Below are positions 49,133-61,558 of a stretch of DNA of 64,000 nucleotides, piece after piece. This stretch comes from Octopus sinensis (lineage: Eukaryota), in assembly GCF_006345805.1 (NCBI RefSeq), contig NC_043026.1:3534001-3598000 (forward strand), in the 5' to 3' direction. The stretch's first letter is position 1, and every line of letters begins with the position of its first letter. A model generated the notes under the pieces. It was not told the origin of the DNA. It was given only the letters and a program-made list of their open reading frames with translations, and did no database searches. A program made the translations under genes and the position numbers.

Positions 49133-50682
49133 AAAGGCTTAGTAAAATAAATTACTTTGCCGCATACTGAACTCATTAGAATAGCAGCTAAAAAACTTTT
49201 TAAGGCTATTTCTAATACTTAAAGAAAATCTCTCTCATATATAGTGTTTGCTTAATTCAACTCACAAAAGTTTGGGGTAAGGACATCGAAAAATCAAATG
49301 CTAAGGTTATTCGAGAACGTACGTTTCAAGATTAGTCAAAACAACATTTCTATCATCGGCTCAGAAATTCCTTGGTTTGGATTTGGAAACACTGAAAATA
49401 AGAACATACCCTTTCGAAGATCTGCTTCCAACTAACAGTGCCAACAAATTCAAAATAAGCAAGCGAAGAATCTCTGTTCTCCCCTTTCCACCAGCGTGGG
49501 TTAAAATCATCAAACAATATGCTTATTTCGGTAAAATCCGAAGCATTAATCAGAGGGAGATTAATTACAATTTCAACAATTGAGGGCAAAATTAATTAAT
49601 TATTAATCAATTTCACCAAGTGTTCAGTATGCAAAGGGACCATTCAAGGCGAATTCAAATTATTACATTATATAAAAGGGCTTAGTAAAATAAATTACTT
49701 TGCCGCATACTGAACTCATTAGAAATAGCAGCTAAAAAACTTTTTTAAGGCTATTTCTAATACTTAAAGAAAATCTCTCTCATATATAGTGTTTGCTTAA
49801 TTCAACTCACAAAAGTTTGGGGGTAAGGACATCGAAAAATCAAATGCTAAGGTTATTCGAGAACGTACGTTTCAAGATTAGTCAAAACAACATTTCTATC
49901 ATCGGCTCAGAAATTCCTTGGTTTGGATTTGGAAACACTGAAAATAAGAACATACCCTTTCGAAGATCTGCTTCCAACTAACAGTGCCAACAAATTCAAA
50001 ATAAGCAAGCGAAGAATCTCTGTTCTCCCCTTTCCACCAGCGTGGGTTAAAATCATCAAACAATATGCTTATTTCGGTAAAATCCGAAGCATTAATCAGA
50101 GGGAGATTAATTACAATTTCAACAATGAGTTAGGGGTTATGCAACAGTCTAAGGGATAAAGGTATCTGTAGGTACTACTAGTGTATTACCTAACTATGTA
50201 TAGGCCTTGCTGTAAGGTTAACAGTAGTTGGTAATTTAAATGGTAAACTGTGGTTTAGTATATTTTGATAAGAAAAGGAACGGAGGAACAATTAACTATT
50301 TTAAGTTGGTCATTGGTATTAAAAAGTCATAATTTAATTATAAAGAAATGGAGTAACAATTAACAATTAAAAGTTGATCACTGGAATTAAAAGGTCATAG
50401 ATTAATTGTAATTTAACTACAATTAAACGATGACCTTTTAATATATCAAGGATCAACTTCTCAGGGTTAATTGTTGCTCCTTCTTTTTTCTTATATGTTG
50501 TGTGTGTGTGTGGTGTGTGTGGAGGTGCAATGGCCCAGTGGTTAGGGCAGCAGACTCGCGGTCGTAGGATCGCGGTTTCGATTTCTAGACCAGACGTTGT
50601 GTGTGTTTAATGAGCGAAAACACCTAAAGCTTTTAATACCAAGGATCAACTTCTAAGGGTTAATTGTTGCTCCTTTTCTTCT

Positions 50683-50714
<32 letters not shown>

Positions 50715-53700
50715 GAGGTGCAATGGCCCAGTGGTTAGTGCAGCGGACTCGCGGTCGTAGGATCGCGGTTTCGATTCCCAGACCGGGCGTTGTGAGTGTT
50801 TATTGAGCGAAAACACCTAAAGCTCCACGAGGCTCCGGCAGGGGGTCGTGGCGATCCCTGCTGTACTCTTTCACCACAACTTTCTCTCACTCTTTCTTCT
50901 GTTGGCCTGCTTGCTTAGCCAGTGGGGTGACACCATTTAAAGGCTAAAACAATGCAAAGTGCATTGTGACCAGCGATGTGTAACAACATCTGATAGCCTG
51001 GTTGGTCACATGATCATGTGATATATATATATATATATTTTGGCGCAAATGTTCTTTTTTATACGCCACCGAGTTTACAATCCTGTAAATAATAGAAATG
51101 GTATTTTTATATAAGCTTAAAGCTTATGGCGATCACTGTGCAATGACTAAGGAAAATAGTCTAATAAAGGGGCATATAAGCCCTCGACAGAAGAGGGAGA
51201 CTTGAGAGACATGGGTTGGACGATTTTGACTGAGGGCTGGTGAACCAGATGGCTGCACCAGGCCCCAATCTTGATCTGGCAGAGTTTCTACAGCTGGATG
51301 CTCTTCCTAATGCCAACCACTCCAAGAGTGTAGTGGGTGCTTTTTATGTGCCACCAACACGGGGGCCAGTAAGGTGGTACTGGCAATGACCTAGCTCGAA
51401 TAAATTTACAAGTGCCACCAGCACAGGTGCCAGTGAAGCAACGTTGGTAACGATCATGCTCGAATGGTGCTCTTTTACGTGCCACTGGTACGGAAGGCAG
51501 TTGACTGCTCTGGCAACGATCACGCTCAGGTGGTGCTCTTGGCACCCTACTAGCACGGGCCACAAGTGCAGTAAGGTACGACGCTGGTACGATCACGCTC
51601 GAATGGTGCCCTTTAAATGCCACTGGTACGGAAGCCAGTTGGCTGCTCTGGCAATGATCACGCTCGGATGGTGCTCTTGGCACCCTACTAGCACGGGCAC
51701 AAGTGCCAGTTAGGCGATGCTGGTAACAATCATGTTCGAATGGTGCCCTTTTACGTGCCACGGGTACAGAAGCCAGTTGGCTGCTCTGGCAACGATCACG
51801 CTCGGATGGTGCTCTTAGCACCCTATTAGCACAGGCATAAGTGCCAGAAATATGTCACAACTATTTTAGTTGTAAAATACAAATATTTTAGAAAATAGCA
51901 TTTTGTTATTCCTGATTTTTAGATCTTAATGTTTACCTTTTAATTTTCTTAAAAATCAATTAAGAAATAGCATACCCTGCTATATTCATTACTTAATCAG
52001 CACTAGGTATTAAGAAATTTAATAACATAGACAAATTAAAAAAACTTGAATAAAATAATTTTTAAATTTCTATAATTATTACATAAATTCTATATATAGG
52101 TGCAGGAGTGGCTGTGTGGTAAGTAGCTTGCTAACCAACCACATGGTTCCGGGTTCAGTCCCACTGCGTGGCATCTTCTGCTATAGCTCCGGGGCGACCA
52201 ATGCCTTGTGAGTGGATTTGGTAGACGGAAACTGAAAGAAGCCTATCGTATATTGTATATATATATATGTGTGTGTGTGTTATGTCTGTGTTTGTCCCCC
52301 TAGCATTGCTTGACAACCGATGCTGGTGTGTTTACGTACCCGTCACTTAGCGGTTCGGCATAAGAGACCGATAGAATAAGTACTGGGCTTAAAAAGAATA
52401 AGTCCCGGGGTCGATTTGCTCGACTAAAGGCGGTGCTCCAGCATGGCCACAGTCAAATGACTGAAACAAGTAAAAGAATAAAAGAATAAAAAAAAAAGAA
52501 AGAATATCTAATGAAGTTATTAATTGTATACTTACTCTACAATAAATTTTAAGAATTTGGTAATTTTCACATCTTTTTCTACGAGAATTCTACTCCACCT
52601 AATCATCATCATCATCATCATTTAATGTCCATTTTCCATGCTAGCATGGGTAGGATGGTTCAACCGGGGTCTGGAAGCCATGGAGGCTGCACCAGGCTCC
52701 AGTCTGATCTGGCAGTGTTTCTACAGCTGGATGCCCTTCCTAATGCCAACCACTCCGAGAGTGTAGTGGGTGTTTTTTTACGTGCCACCGGCACAGGGGC
52801 CAGAGCAGGCTGGCAAGCGGCCATGGTCGGTTGGTGCTTTTACATGTCACCGACACGGGTGTCTTAACTACAATTTCCATTTGAATTTTTATTTTGATGC
52901 TGATGTACATGACTCAATAGGTCTATTTTTTGATATTATAATAATACCTTTATAGAAGCCTAATTTATTACACCCCATATAACCATACTTTACTCTTAAT
53001 ATGAAATATAAGATTTCCCCCAAAAATAATAATAATCTTATCTCTCTCTATATAAAGCTGAAGTTGTCTGTGTGCGCCAGGTTTGGTAGCCTTCAACTAA
53101 CACTATCTCCTCCGAGACCCTGCGGCACAAGTTGACCAAAATTGAGAGTATGATAGAAGGGTTGCTCTTCCCTCCGTAGAAGATAAAATTCAAATCGGAC
53201 CATGTTAACACCAAAAATTATTTACATCAAAAAGGTGCTTTTTTTTCTATGAAAATCCCTATTTTTTATGATTTTTTCACTGCTGTGTCGCCACTTTTCG
53301 GTGTATTTCAACCAGAAAAATGTTCACTTGAAGAGAATAACAAGCTCCATAATGCAAAATCTTTACTTTTCAAAAATTCCAATTCTAAAGGGGTGAAACA
53401 AACCCAAGCAACGCCGGGCGATACTGCTAGTTTCTCCATATTTTCATTTTATAATTACAATTTTGGTTACCTCACTTCTATTCTAATTTAAGGATTTTGG
53501 CATGTGAATCAAAGCCTTATTTACTGGGAATCTCCTCTTTAAAAAAATCTTCTAAATCTCTTTAATTAATATTAGAACCTGATAAAAATAGATAATAATA
53601 TTTAAATTCTTGAACCTGGAACCATGTGGTTGGTAAGCAAGCTACTTACCACACAGCTACACCTACACCAAATGCTAATTTGATTAATATCAATTTAAAA

Positions 53701-54884
53701 CCAGTGGTCTAGCATATTGAAAAATCTGAATATTCAGAAAAATTATATTACATACATATAAGAGGGATGACCACTATCTAGCAGAAGGGATGTCCACTTA
53801 GTGGTCATTCCTCTGATATGTATGACAAATATCCGTCAAATGTAAAGTGTTAACAACAAACAAGTTGAGGACAAACATCCGTCAAATGTAAAGTGTTAAC
53901 AACAAACAAGATGAGGACAAATATCCGTCAAATGTAAAGTGTTAACAACAAACAAGTGGAGGACAAACATCCGTCAAATGTAAAGTGTTAACAACAAACA
54001 AGATGAGGACAAATATCCGTCAAGTGTAAAGTGTTAACAACAAGCAAGATGAGGACAAACATCCGTCAAATGTAAAGTGTTAACAACAAGCAAGTTGAGG
54101 ATAAATATCCGTCAAATATAAAGTGTTAACAACAAGCAAGTTGAGGACAAATATCCGTCAATGTAAAGTGTTACACAAGCAAGATGAAGACAATGCAAAG
54201 TGTAAACTGACACAGCAGACATACAAACATAGTAAATGTACCTATTTCTTTATAGTCTGAAGAAACAAACATCCTTAATCAATTTTCAACCATTAATTGG
54301 AGCCTCATCAGAGGTGTCTACATCACTTGACAAATCTCAGAAAAACAAGTTGCCATTCTGTTTATATACAGATGAAATCCAGTAACTCCAGAGAACTGGG
54401 GCGACTAACGTGCATGCTATTGGTTTCATGCTTTATTTAACATTAGTGGTCTACCAACGAGGAACTCATTTCCACACAAAGTTCATTTATATATATATAT
54501 AGTAGACAGTTTGGAGATGATGTACAGGTATTAGTTTCATGGTCCCTTGGATTGGCAGTGTTGAAGAGGGTGACTGTAGTGGAAAAGTTTTGTTTCATGT
54601 ACTGTTGTAGAGGCAGAAATCCACTGAGTCGAAACAGGTGAGTGCCAAGTAGGTTAGTGCCAAATGCTTGAATGAACTTTCTGTGAAATGAGTTCCTCGT
54701 TGGCAGACCACTAATATTAAATAAAGCATGAAACACTAAAACAATTGTACCAAATTACCGAGTCATTCTTGTTGCTTATTTTTTATAATAATCACCCCGC
54801 AAATTTTTATGGATAACACCATTCAAATTCCGGTGCATCTAAATTAAGTACCATATTCATTTGAATCTAAATTGTTGCTGAACT

Positions 54885-54929
<45 letters not shown>

Positions 54930-57900
54930 TATATTATATATAATTATTATTTGAGGAATAAAATCCAAACTTACAAGGAAAAAAATTCAATTTAGAAGTA
55001 CTAAATCAAATTTCACACTATATAATATATATATATAAAATTAGAAAAAAACCCACCTTTTATCAATTCAAAATGAATAATTAAATTACACCATCTAGAA
55101 AATTACATATAATAGAAAAGTTAAAATTAAAAATAACAAAAAATGTAATATTAAGTAAATTGCAAAAAATAATAAAAATGTAATAAAAATGTATATAATA
55201 AGTAGAAAAACATTTTTATTATTATTTTTGCAATTTACTTAATATTTACATTTTATTGTTATTTTAATTTTAACTTTTCTATTATATGTAATTTTCTAGA
55301 TGGTGTAATTTAATTATTCATTTTGAATTGATATAAGGTGTTTTTTTTCTAATCTTATATATATATATATATATAATTATAATAAAGGGTTAATTGCAAC
55401 AAGTTGCTTAAACCACATACCGAAAATATTAGAAATAGCAGCCAAATAGGTTACCATTACTACTACTAGAAAAATAAGTCTCCACAAACAAACAGGAGAC
55501 TTATTTTTCTAGTAGTAGTAATGGTAACTTATTTGGCTGCTATTTCTAATATTTTCGGTATGTGGTTTAAGCAACTTGTTGCAATTAACCCTTTATTATA
55601 ATTATATATAATCTTTACCGAATATGGTCCTTTCCATACCGAAAAAACTACAAGGTGAAATTTATTAATTTTATTAAATTAATTATATTTCACCCCTTAT
55701 GTGTGTGTATATATCTTTATATATAAAAGAGAGGTTTTGTGTCTGTCTCCTACGATTTAGATTCCTAACTACTCCCACATTTTGCGGTGCAGTTTAACCA
55801 AAACCGGGTATCTTATAGTCGTGATTCATATCGAGCCCTTCTGGGTATTAGCATGCGTCTACGATGAGTCTATGATTTAAAAAAAAATTTACCATCATTT
55901 TTTTCCATTTTAATGCATTTTTTCGCTATTATATAAGGGAAGTAACTCTCTAAAAATGTCTACGATGAGTCAACGATTTAAAAAAAAATTTACCATAATT
56001 TTTTTTCCATTTTTAATGCATTTTTTGGCTATTTTTTGGCTATAACTCTCTAAAAACGCTTATATAGTTATTTCCCTTACAAACCCGAGCAACGCCGGGC
56101 GATACTGCTAGTATATATATATATATATATATATATATAATGAGTTAGGGGTTATGCAACAGTCTAAGGGATAAAGGTATCTGTAGGTACTACTAGTGTA
56201 TTACCTAACTATGTATAGGCCTTGCTGTAAGGTTAACAGTAGTTGGTAATTTAAATGGTAAACTGTGGTTTAGTATATTTTGATAAGAAAAGGAACGGAG
56301 GAACAATTAACTATTTTAAGTTGGTCATTGGTATTAAAAAGTCATAATTTAATTATAAAGAAATGGTAACAATAAACAATTAAAAGTTGATCACTGGAAT
56401 TAAAAGGTCATAGATTAATTGTAATTTAACTACAATTAAACGATGACCTTTTAATATATCAAGGATCAACTTCTCAGGGTTAATTGTTGCTCCTTCTTTT
56501 TTCTTATATATGTGTGTGTGTGTGTGGAGGTGCAATGGCCCAGTGGTTAGGGCAGCAGACTCGCAGTCGTAGGATCGCGGTTTCGATTTCTAGACCAGAC
56601 TTTGTGTGTGTTTTAATGAGCGAAAACACCTAAAGCTTTTAATACCAAGGATCAACTTCTAAGGGTTAATTGTTGCTCCTTTTCTTCTTATAATATATTG
56701 TGTGTGTGTGGTGTGGTGTGGAGGTGCAATGGCCCAGTGGTTAGTGCAGCGGACTCGCGGTCGTAGGATCGCGGTTTCGATTCCCAGACCGGGCATTGTG
56801 AGTGTTTATTGAGCGAAAACACCTAAAGCTCCACGAGGCTCCGGCAGGGGGTCGTGGCGATCCCTGCTGTACTCTTTCACCACAACTTTCTCTCACTCTT
56901 TCTTCTGTTGGCCTGCTTGCTTAGCCAGCGGGGTGACACAATTTAAAGGCTAAAACAATGCAAAGTGCATTGTGACCAGCGATGTGGTAACAACATCTGA
57001 TAGCCTGTTTGGTCACATGATCATGTGATATATATATATATATTTTGGCGCAAATGTTCTTTTTTATACGCCACCGAGTTTACAATCCTGTAAATAATAG
57101 AAATGGTATTTTTTATATAAGCTTAAGGCTTATGGCGATCACTGTGCAATGACTAAGGAAAATAGTCTAATAAGGGGCATATAAGCCCTCGACAGAAGAG
57201 GGAGACTTGAGAGACATGGGTTGGACGATTTTGACTGAGGGCTGGTGAACCAGATGGCTGCACCAGGCCCCAATCTTGATCTGGCAGAGTTTTTTCTACA
57301 GCTGGATGCTCTTCCTAATGCCAACCACTCCAAGAGTGTAGTGGGTGCTTTTTATGTGCCACCGACATGGGGGCCAGTAAGGTGGTACTGGCAATGACCT
57401 AGCTCGAATAAATTTACAAGTGCCACCAGCACAGGTGCCAGTGAAGCAACGTTGGTAACGATCATGCTCGAATGGTGCTCTTTTACGTGCCACTGGTACG
57501 GAAGGCAGTTGACTGCTCTGGCAACGATCACGCTCAGGTGGTGCTCTTGGCACCCTACTAGCACGGGCACAAGTGCCAGTAAGGCGACGCTGGTAACGAT
57601 CACGCTCGAATGGTGCCCTTTAAATGCCACTGGTACGGAAGCCAGTTGGCTGCTCTGGCAATGATCACGCTCGGATGGTGCTCTTGGCACCCTACTAGCA
57701 CGGGCACAAGTGCCAGTTAGGCAATGCTGGTAACAATCATGCTCGAATGGTGCCCTTTTACGTGCCACGGGTACGGAAGCCAGTTGGCTGCTCTGGCAAC
57801 GATCACGCTCGGATGGTGCTCTTAGCACCCTATTAGCACAGGCATAAGTGCCAGAAATATGTCACAACTATTTTAGTTGTAAAATACAAATATTTTAGAA

Positions 57901-58500
57901 AATAGCATTTTGTTATTCCTGATTTTTAGATCTTAATGTTTACCTTTTAATTTTCTTAAAAATCAATTAAGAAATAGCATACCCTGCTATATTCATTACT
58001 TAATCAGCACTAGGTATTAAGAAATTTAATAACATAGACAAATTAAAAAAACTTGAATAAAATAATTTTTAAATTTCTATAATTATTACATAAATTCTAT
58101 ATATAGGTGCAGGAGTGGCTGTGTGGTAAGTAGCTTGCTAACCAACCACATGGTTCCGGGTTCAGTCCCACTGCGTGGCATCTTCTGCTATAGCTCCAGG
58201 GCGACCAATGCCTTGTGAGTGGATTTGGTAGACGGAAACTGAAAGAAGCCTATCGTATATATGTATATATATATATATGTGTGTGTGTGTATGTCTGTGT
58301 TTGTCCCCCTAGCATTGCTTGACAACCGATGCTGGTGTGTTTACGTACCCGTCACTTAGCGGTTCGGCATAAGAGACCGATAGAATAAGTACTGGGCTTA
58401 AAAAGAATAAGTCCCGGGTTGATTTGCTCGACTAAAGGCGGTGCTCCAGCATGGCCACAGTCAAATGACTGAAACAAGTAAAAGAATAAGAATATAAAAA
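47215..58500. repeat. Segmental duplication: ~47215-52490 versus ~54190-58500; the first copy has a ~1-kb extra block (49128-50126)
   Basis: Colinear sequence with scattered SNPs and indels. The second copy ends at the N gap. Confidence 0.9.
47449..48600. mobile_element. Cluster of foldback elements (~47449-47760, ~48030-48360, ~48370-48600)
   Basis: Inverted arms of ~70, ~140 and ~110 bp, separated by (TA)n. Confidence 0.75.
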
Positions 58501-58600
58501 NNNNNNNNNNNNNNNNNNNNNNNNNNNNNNNNNNNNNNNNNNNNNNNNNNNNNNNNNNNNNNNNNNNNNNNNNNNNNNNNNNNNNNNNNNNNNNNNNNNN
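58501..58600. other. Assembly gap (100 N)
   Basis: Run of n. True size and the join are unverified. Confidence 1.
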
Positions 58601-58618
58601 TATGGCCGTTCCTTGATT

Positions 58619-58652
<34 letters not shown>

Positions 58653-59058
58653 TATATATATTATTTTAATATTAGGGAGTAAATCCAAACTTACAGGGAA
58701 AAATTATATATATATTTAAATTTTAAAAAAGTTAAAATTATTTATTTAAAAATTTTTTTTATATTTTTAAAAATATAAATTTATAATTTTAAATTTAAAT
58801 AATATAAATTTTGAATTTTATATTTTTTATATATTTTGTATATTATATTAATTATTTTTATTTTTATGTTTTGGTTTATGTTTTTCACTGTTTGATTTGA
58901 CTAATCACCTCTAATTTAATTTATATATATATATATATATATATTTGTGTGTGTGTATATATATATAATGACCCGTCCTTGTTTTCTTTCTGAATATTTT
59001 GTTGTCCCTTTTTGTAACATCTAGCTGTCCGGATGTTTTGCGTTCTTGTCTCATTTTG

Positions 59059-59097
<39 letters not shown>

Positions 59098-60141
59098 TTC
59101 AGCAAAATTTAGATTCAAATGAATATGATACTTAAGTCAGATGCACCAGAATTTTGTCTGGTGTTATCCATATAAATCCATGGAGTGATTATAATCAAAA
59201 TAAGCAACAAAAATAACTTCGGTAATTTGGTACGATCGTTTCGCGCTACATCATTTTATTAAATATTGTAAGTATTACAACAGTCTTAAAATGTTGATCA
59301 ATCATCAGCCATTTATAGAGGTTTTCCATTAATACATAATTTTCATTTCAATTGATAACATTATAGAGAAGGTAGATAAATAGACAAAGATGTCGATTTA
59401 AATTTTAAGAACATTAAGGTAGTAGAGTTTATCTTCTGACTGAAGAATATTCTTTAAGTTATTTTGAACTGCAAGAAGGTTGGGAAGCATAATCAATTGA
59501 AAGGAGACAAAAACGATTTTCTATTTATAGAAATAGGGGTGTAATAAATGTCAAAAGTTCTTCATAAAGAAATTAAGGTAGAGAGGGGGTTGCAATGCCC
59601 TAGAAGCTGTTTACTACTATTTGGCAAACAGATTTTGTATTAAGAAAACTAGGTCAATGTCAAATGGTCACAGTGACCACTTATAGAGAATACAGAGATC
59701 CCTTTATACTTATATACATCAGATTTATACTTAGCTGGTAGGTAATTGAATATTTTGATACTTTGGATTAAAGGAGAAATTATAAATCTAATATTTATTC
59801 ATTTATTCATGATTTTTATTTTGTCTTGCAAGATTCTTGGTGACCCTGTCAGTGCGGGTGCCACTTAAAAGCACCTAGTCCACACTGTAAAGTGGTTGGC
59901 ATTTGGAAGGGCATCTAGTTGTAGAAACCACACCAAAACTGACCTAACCTGTACTTGTGCCACGTAAAAGTCACTAAGTCCTCTCTGCTGAGTGGTTGGT
60001 GTTAGGAAGGGCATCCAGCTGTGAAAATCCTGCCAAAGCAGTGACAGAAGTCTGGTGCAGGTTTCTGCCTGGCCAGCTCCAATCAAGCCATCCCACCTAT
60101 GCCAGCATGGAAGGTGAACGTTAAATGATGATGGTACATGC

Positions 60142-60174
<33 letters not shown>

Positions 60175-60519
60175 CTTCCTATCACACAAGAACTGTCGTT
60201 AGTTTTCCAGTCTGCCATGAAATCATGTTTGCTTGACCCAGGGGGGAAATATTACCTTATTCGTGAACAGGAAAGTGTTGGCAACGGGAAGAGCATCCAG
60301 CTGTAGAAAATCTGTATCAATGAAATTTGCATGACATTTTCCAGCTGACGTTGAAACAATGATGATAATAATGATGATGATGATGATGATGATAGTGATG
60401 ACCCCCTGAAAGGAGAAAAGGCTAAGCTGGCCACAGTGCGGATTTGAACCCGTATTGTAGTGGGTATGAATAAATACTGTGTGGCATTCTATCCAACCGT
60501 ACTGAATTGTAGCGATCTG

Positions 60520-60693
60520 GCTGAGGATGAACTTCAGAAACATTAACATCATCGCCATCACCATCATCATCACCTCCATCATCATCATCATCATCATCAT
60601 CAACAACATCATCACTCCCATTATTATTATCATCATCATCATCATCACCACCATCGTCATCATCTTCATCACTACCATTATTATTATCATCAC

Positions 60694-60735
<42 letters not shown>

Positions 60736-60825
60736 AATCATCATCACTACCATTATTATTATCATCATCATCATCATCACCACCATCGTCATCATCTTCA
60801 TCACTACCATTATTATTATCATCAC

Positions 60826-60864
<39 letters not shown>

Positions 60865-60970
60865 AATCATCATCACTACCATTATTATTATCATCATCAT
60901 CATCATCACCACCATCGTCATCATCTTCATCACGGTCATCATCATCATAACCATCATCAACCACAATAAC
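60520..60970. repeat. (CAT)n-based repeat with a ~110-120 bp higher-order unit repeated about three times
   Basis: ccattattattatcatc...caccaccatcgtcatcatcttcatc recurs. Confidence 0.8.
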
Positions 60971-61032
60971 AACAGAAGCAACATTTTATGTTTCAGCATA
61001 AATTCATTTCTTTATTAAATAAAACCTTTTTT

Positions 61033-61220
61033 TTATTTCTCTAAGTGATCAGAAAAAGTTTTGAGGGTAGTGTAAAGTTCCAGGTAGTTTGCCTCTATCT
61101 CGGATTCTGGTACAATGAAACCCTTGCCGTTGAAAGACGGTGGGCCCATCTTCAAATTGTAAGCGTACTTGATGCCCATTACCATTTTGGCCCAGTCGAA
61201 GGAGCTCCCTGTGAAAGGAT
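61033..61220 (-). CDS. M14A carboxypeptidase gene 2, last coding exon (188 nt): PFTGSSFDWAKMVMGIKYAYNLKMGPPSFNGKGFIVPESEIEANYLELYTTLKTFSDHLEK*; Lys at Glu270 position
   Basis: Acceptor ttcgtcacag. Same length and phase as 9203-9390, with a colinear protein match. No stop or frameshift. Upstream exons lie beyond the window. Confidence 0.9.
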
Positions 61221-61516
61221 CTGTGACGAATGAAAAAGGGATAGAAAAAAATTCAACGTAAGGGTGTGTGTGATAAGTAAAGAAATTAGTTTTTCGATAT
61301 AGGCGCAGGAGTGGCTGTGTGGTAAGTAGCTTGCTAACCAGCCACATGGTTCGGTGTCAGTCCCACTGCGTGGCATCTTGGGCAAGTGTCCTTCTGCTAT
61401 AGCCCCGGGCCGACCAATGCCTTGTGAGTGGATTTTGGTAGACGGAAACTGAAAGAAGCCTGTCGTATATATGTATATTATAATTATATATATATATAAA
61501 TATATATATATATATC

Positions 61517-61550
<34 letters not shown>

Positions 61551-61558
<8 letters not shown>

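Noticed and set aside
49353-50159. Duplicated ORFs MDLETLKIRTYPFEDLLP...
   Set aside because: Chance frames in a tandemly duplicated non-coding repeat, with no domain signature.
52531-52605. Minus-strand stretch MIRWSRILVEKDVKITKFLKFIV ending in a phase-2 GTAAGT donor as a possible first exon
   Set aside because: No hydrophobic signal-peptide core, and the ATG lies in a (GAT)n SINE tail.
60422-60964. 180-aa poly-Asp ORF resembling acidic biomineralisation proteins
   Set aside because: It is the translation of a (GAT)n microsatellite with a higher-order repeat. All frames are open for the same reason, there is no signal peptide, and it starts ~70 bp past gene 2's stop.
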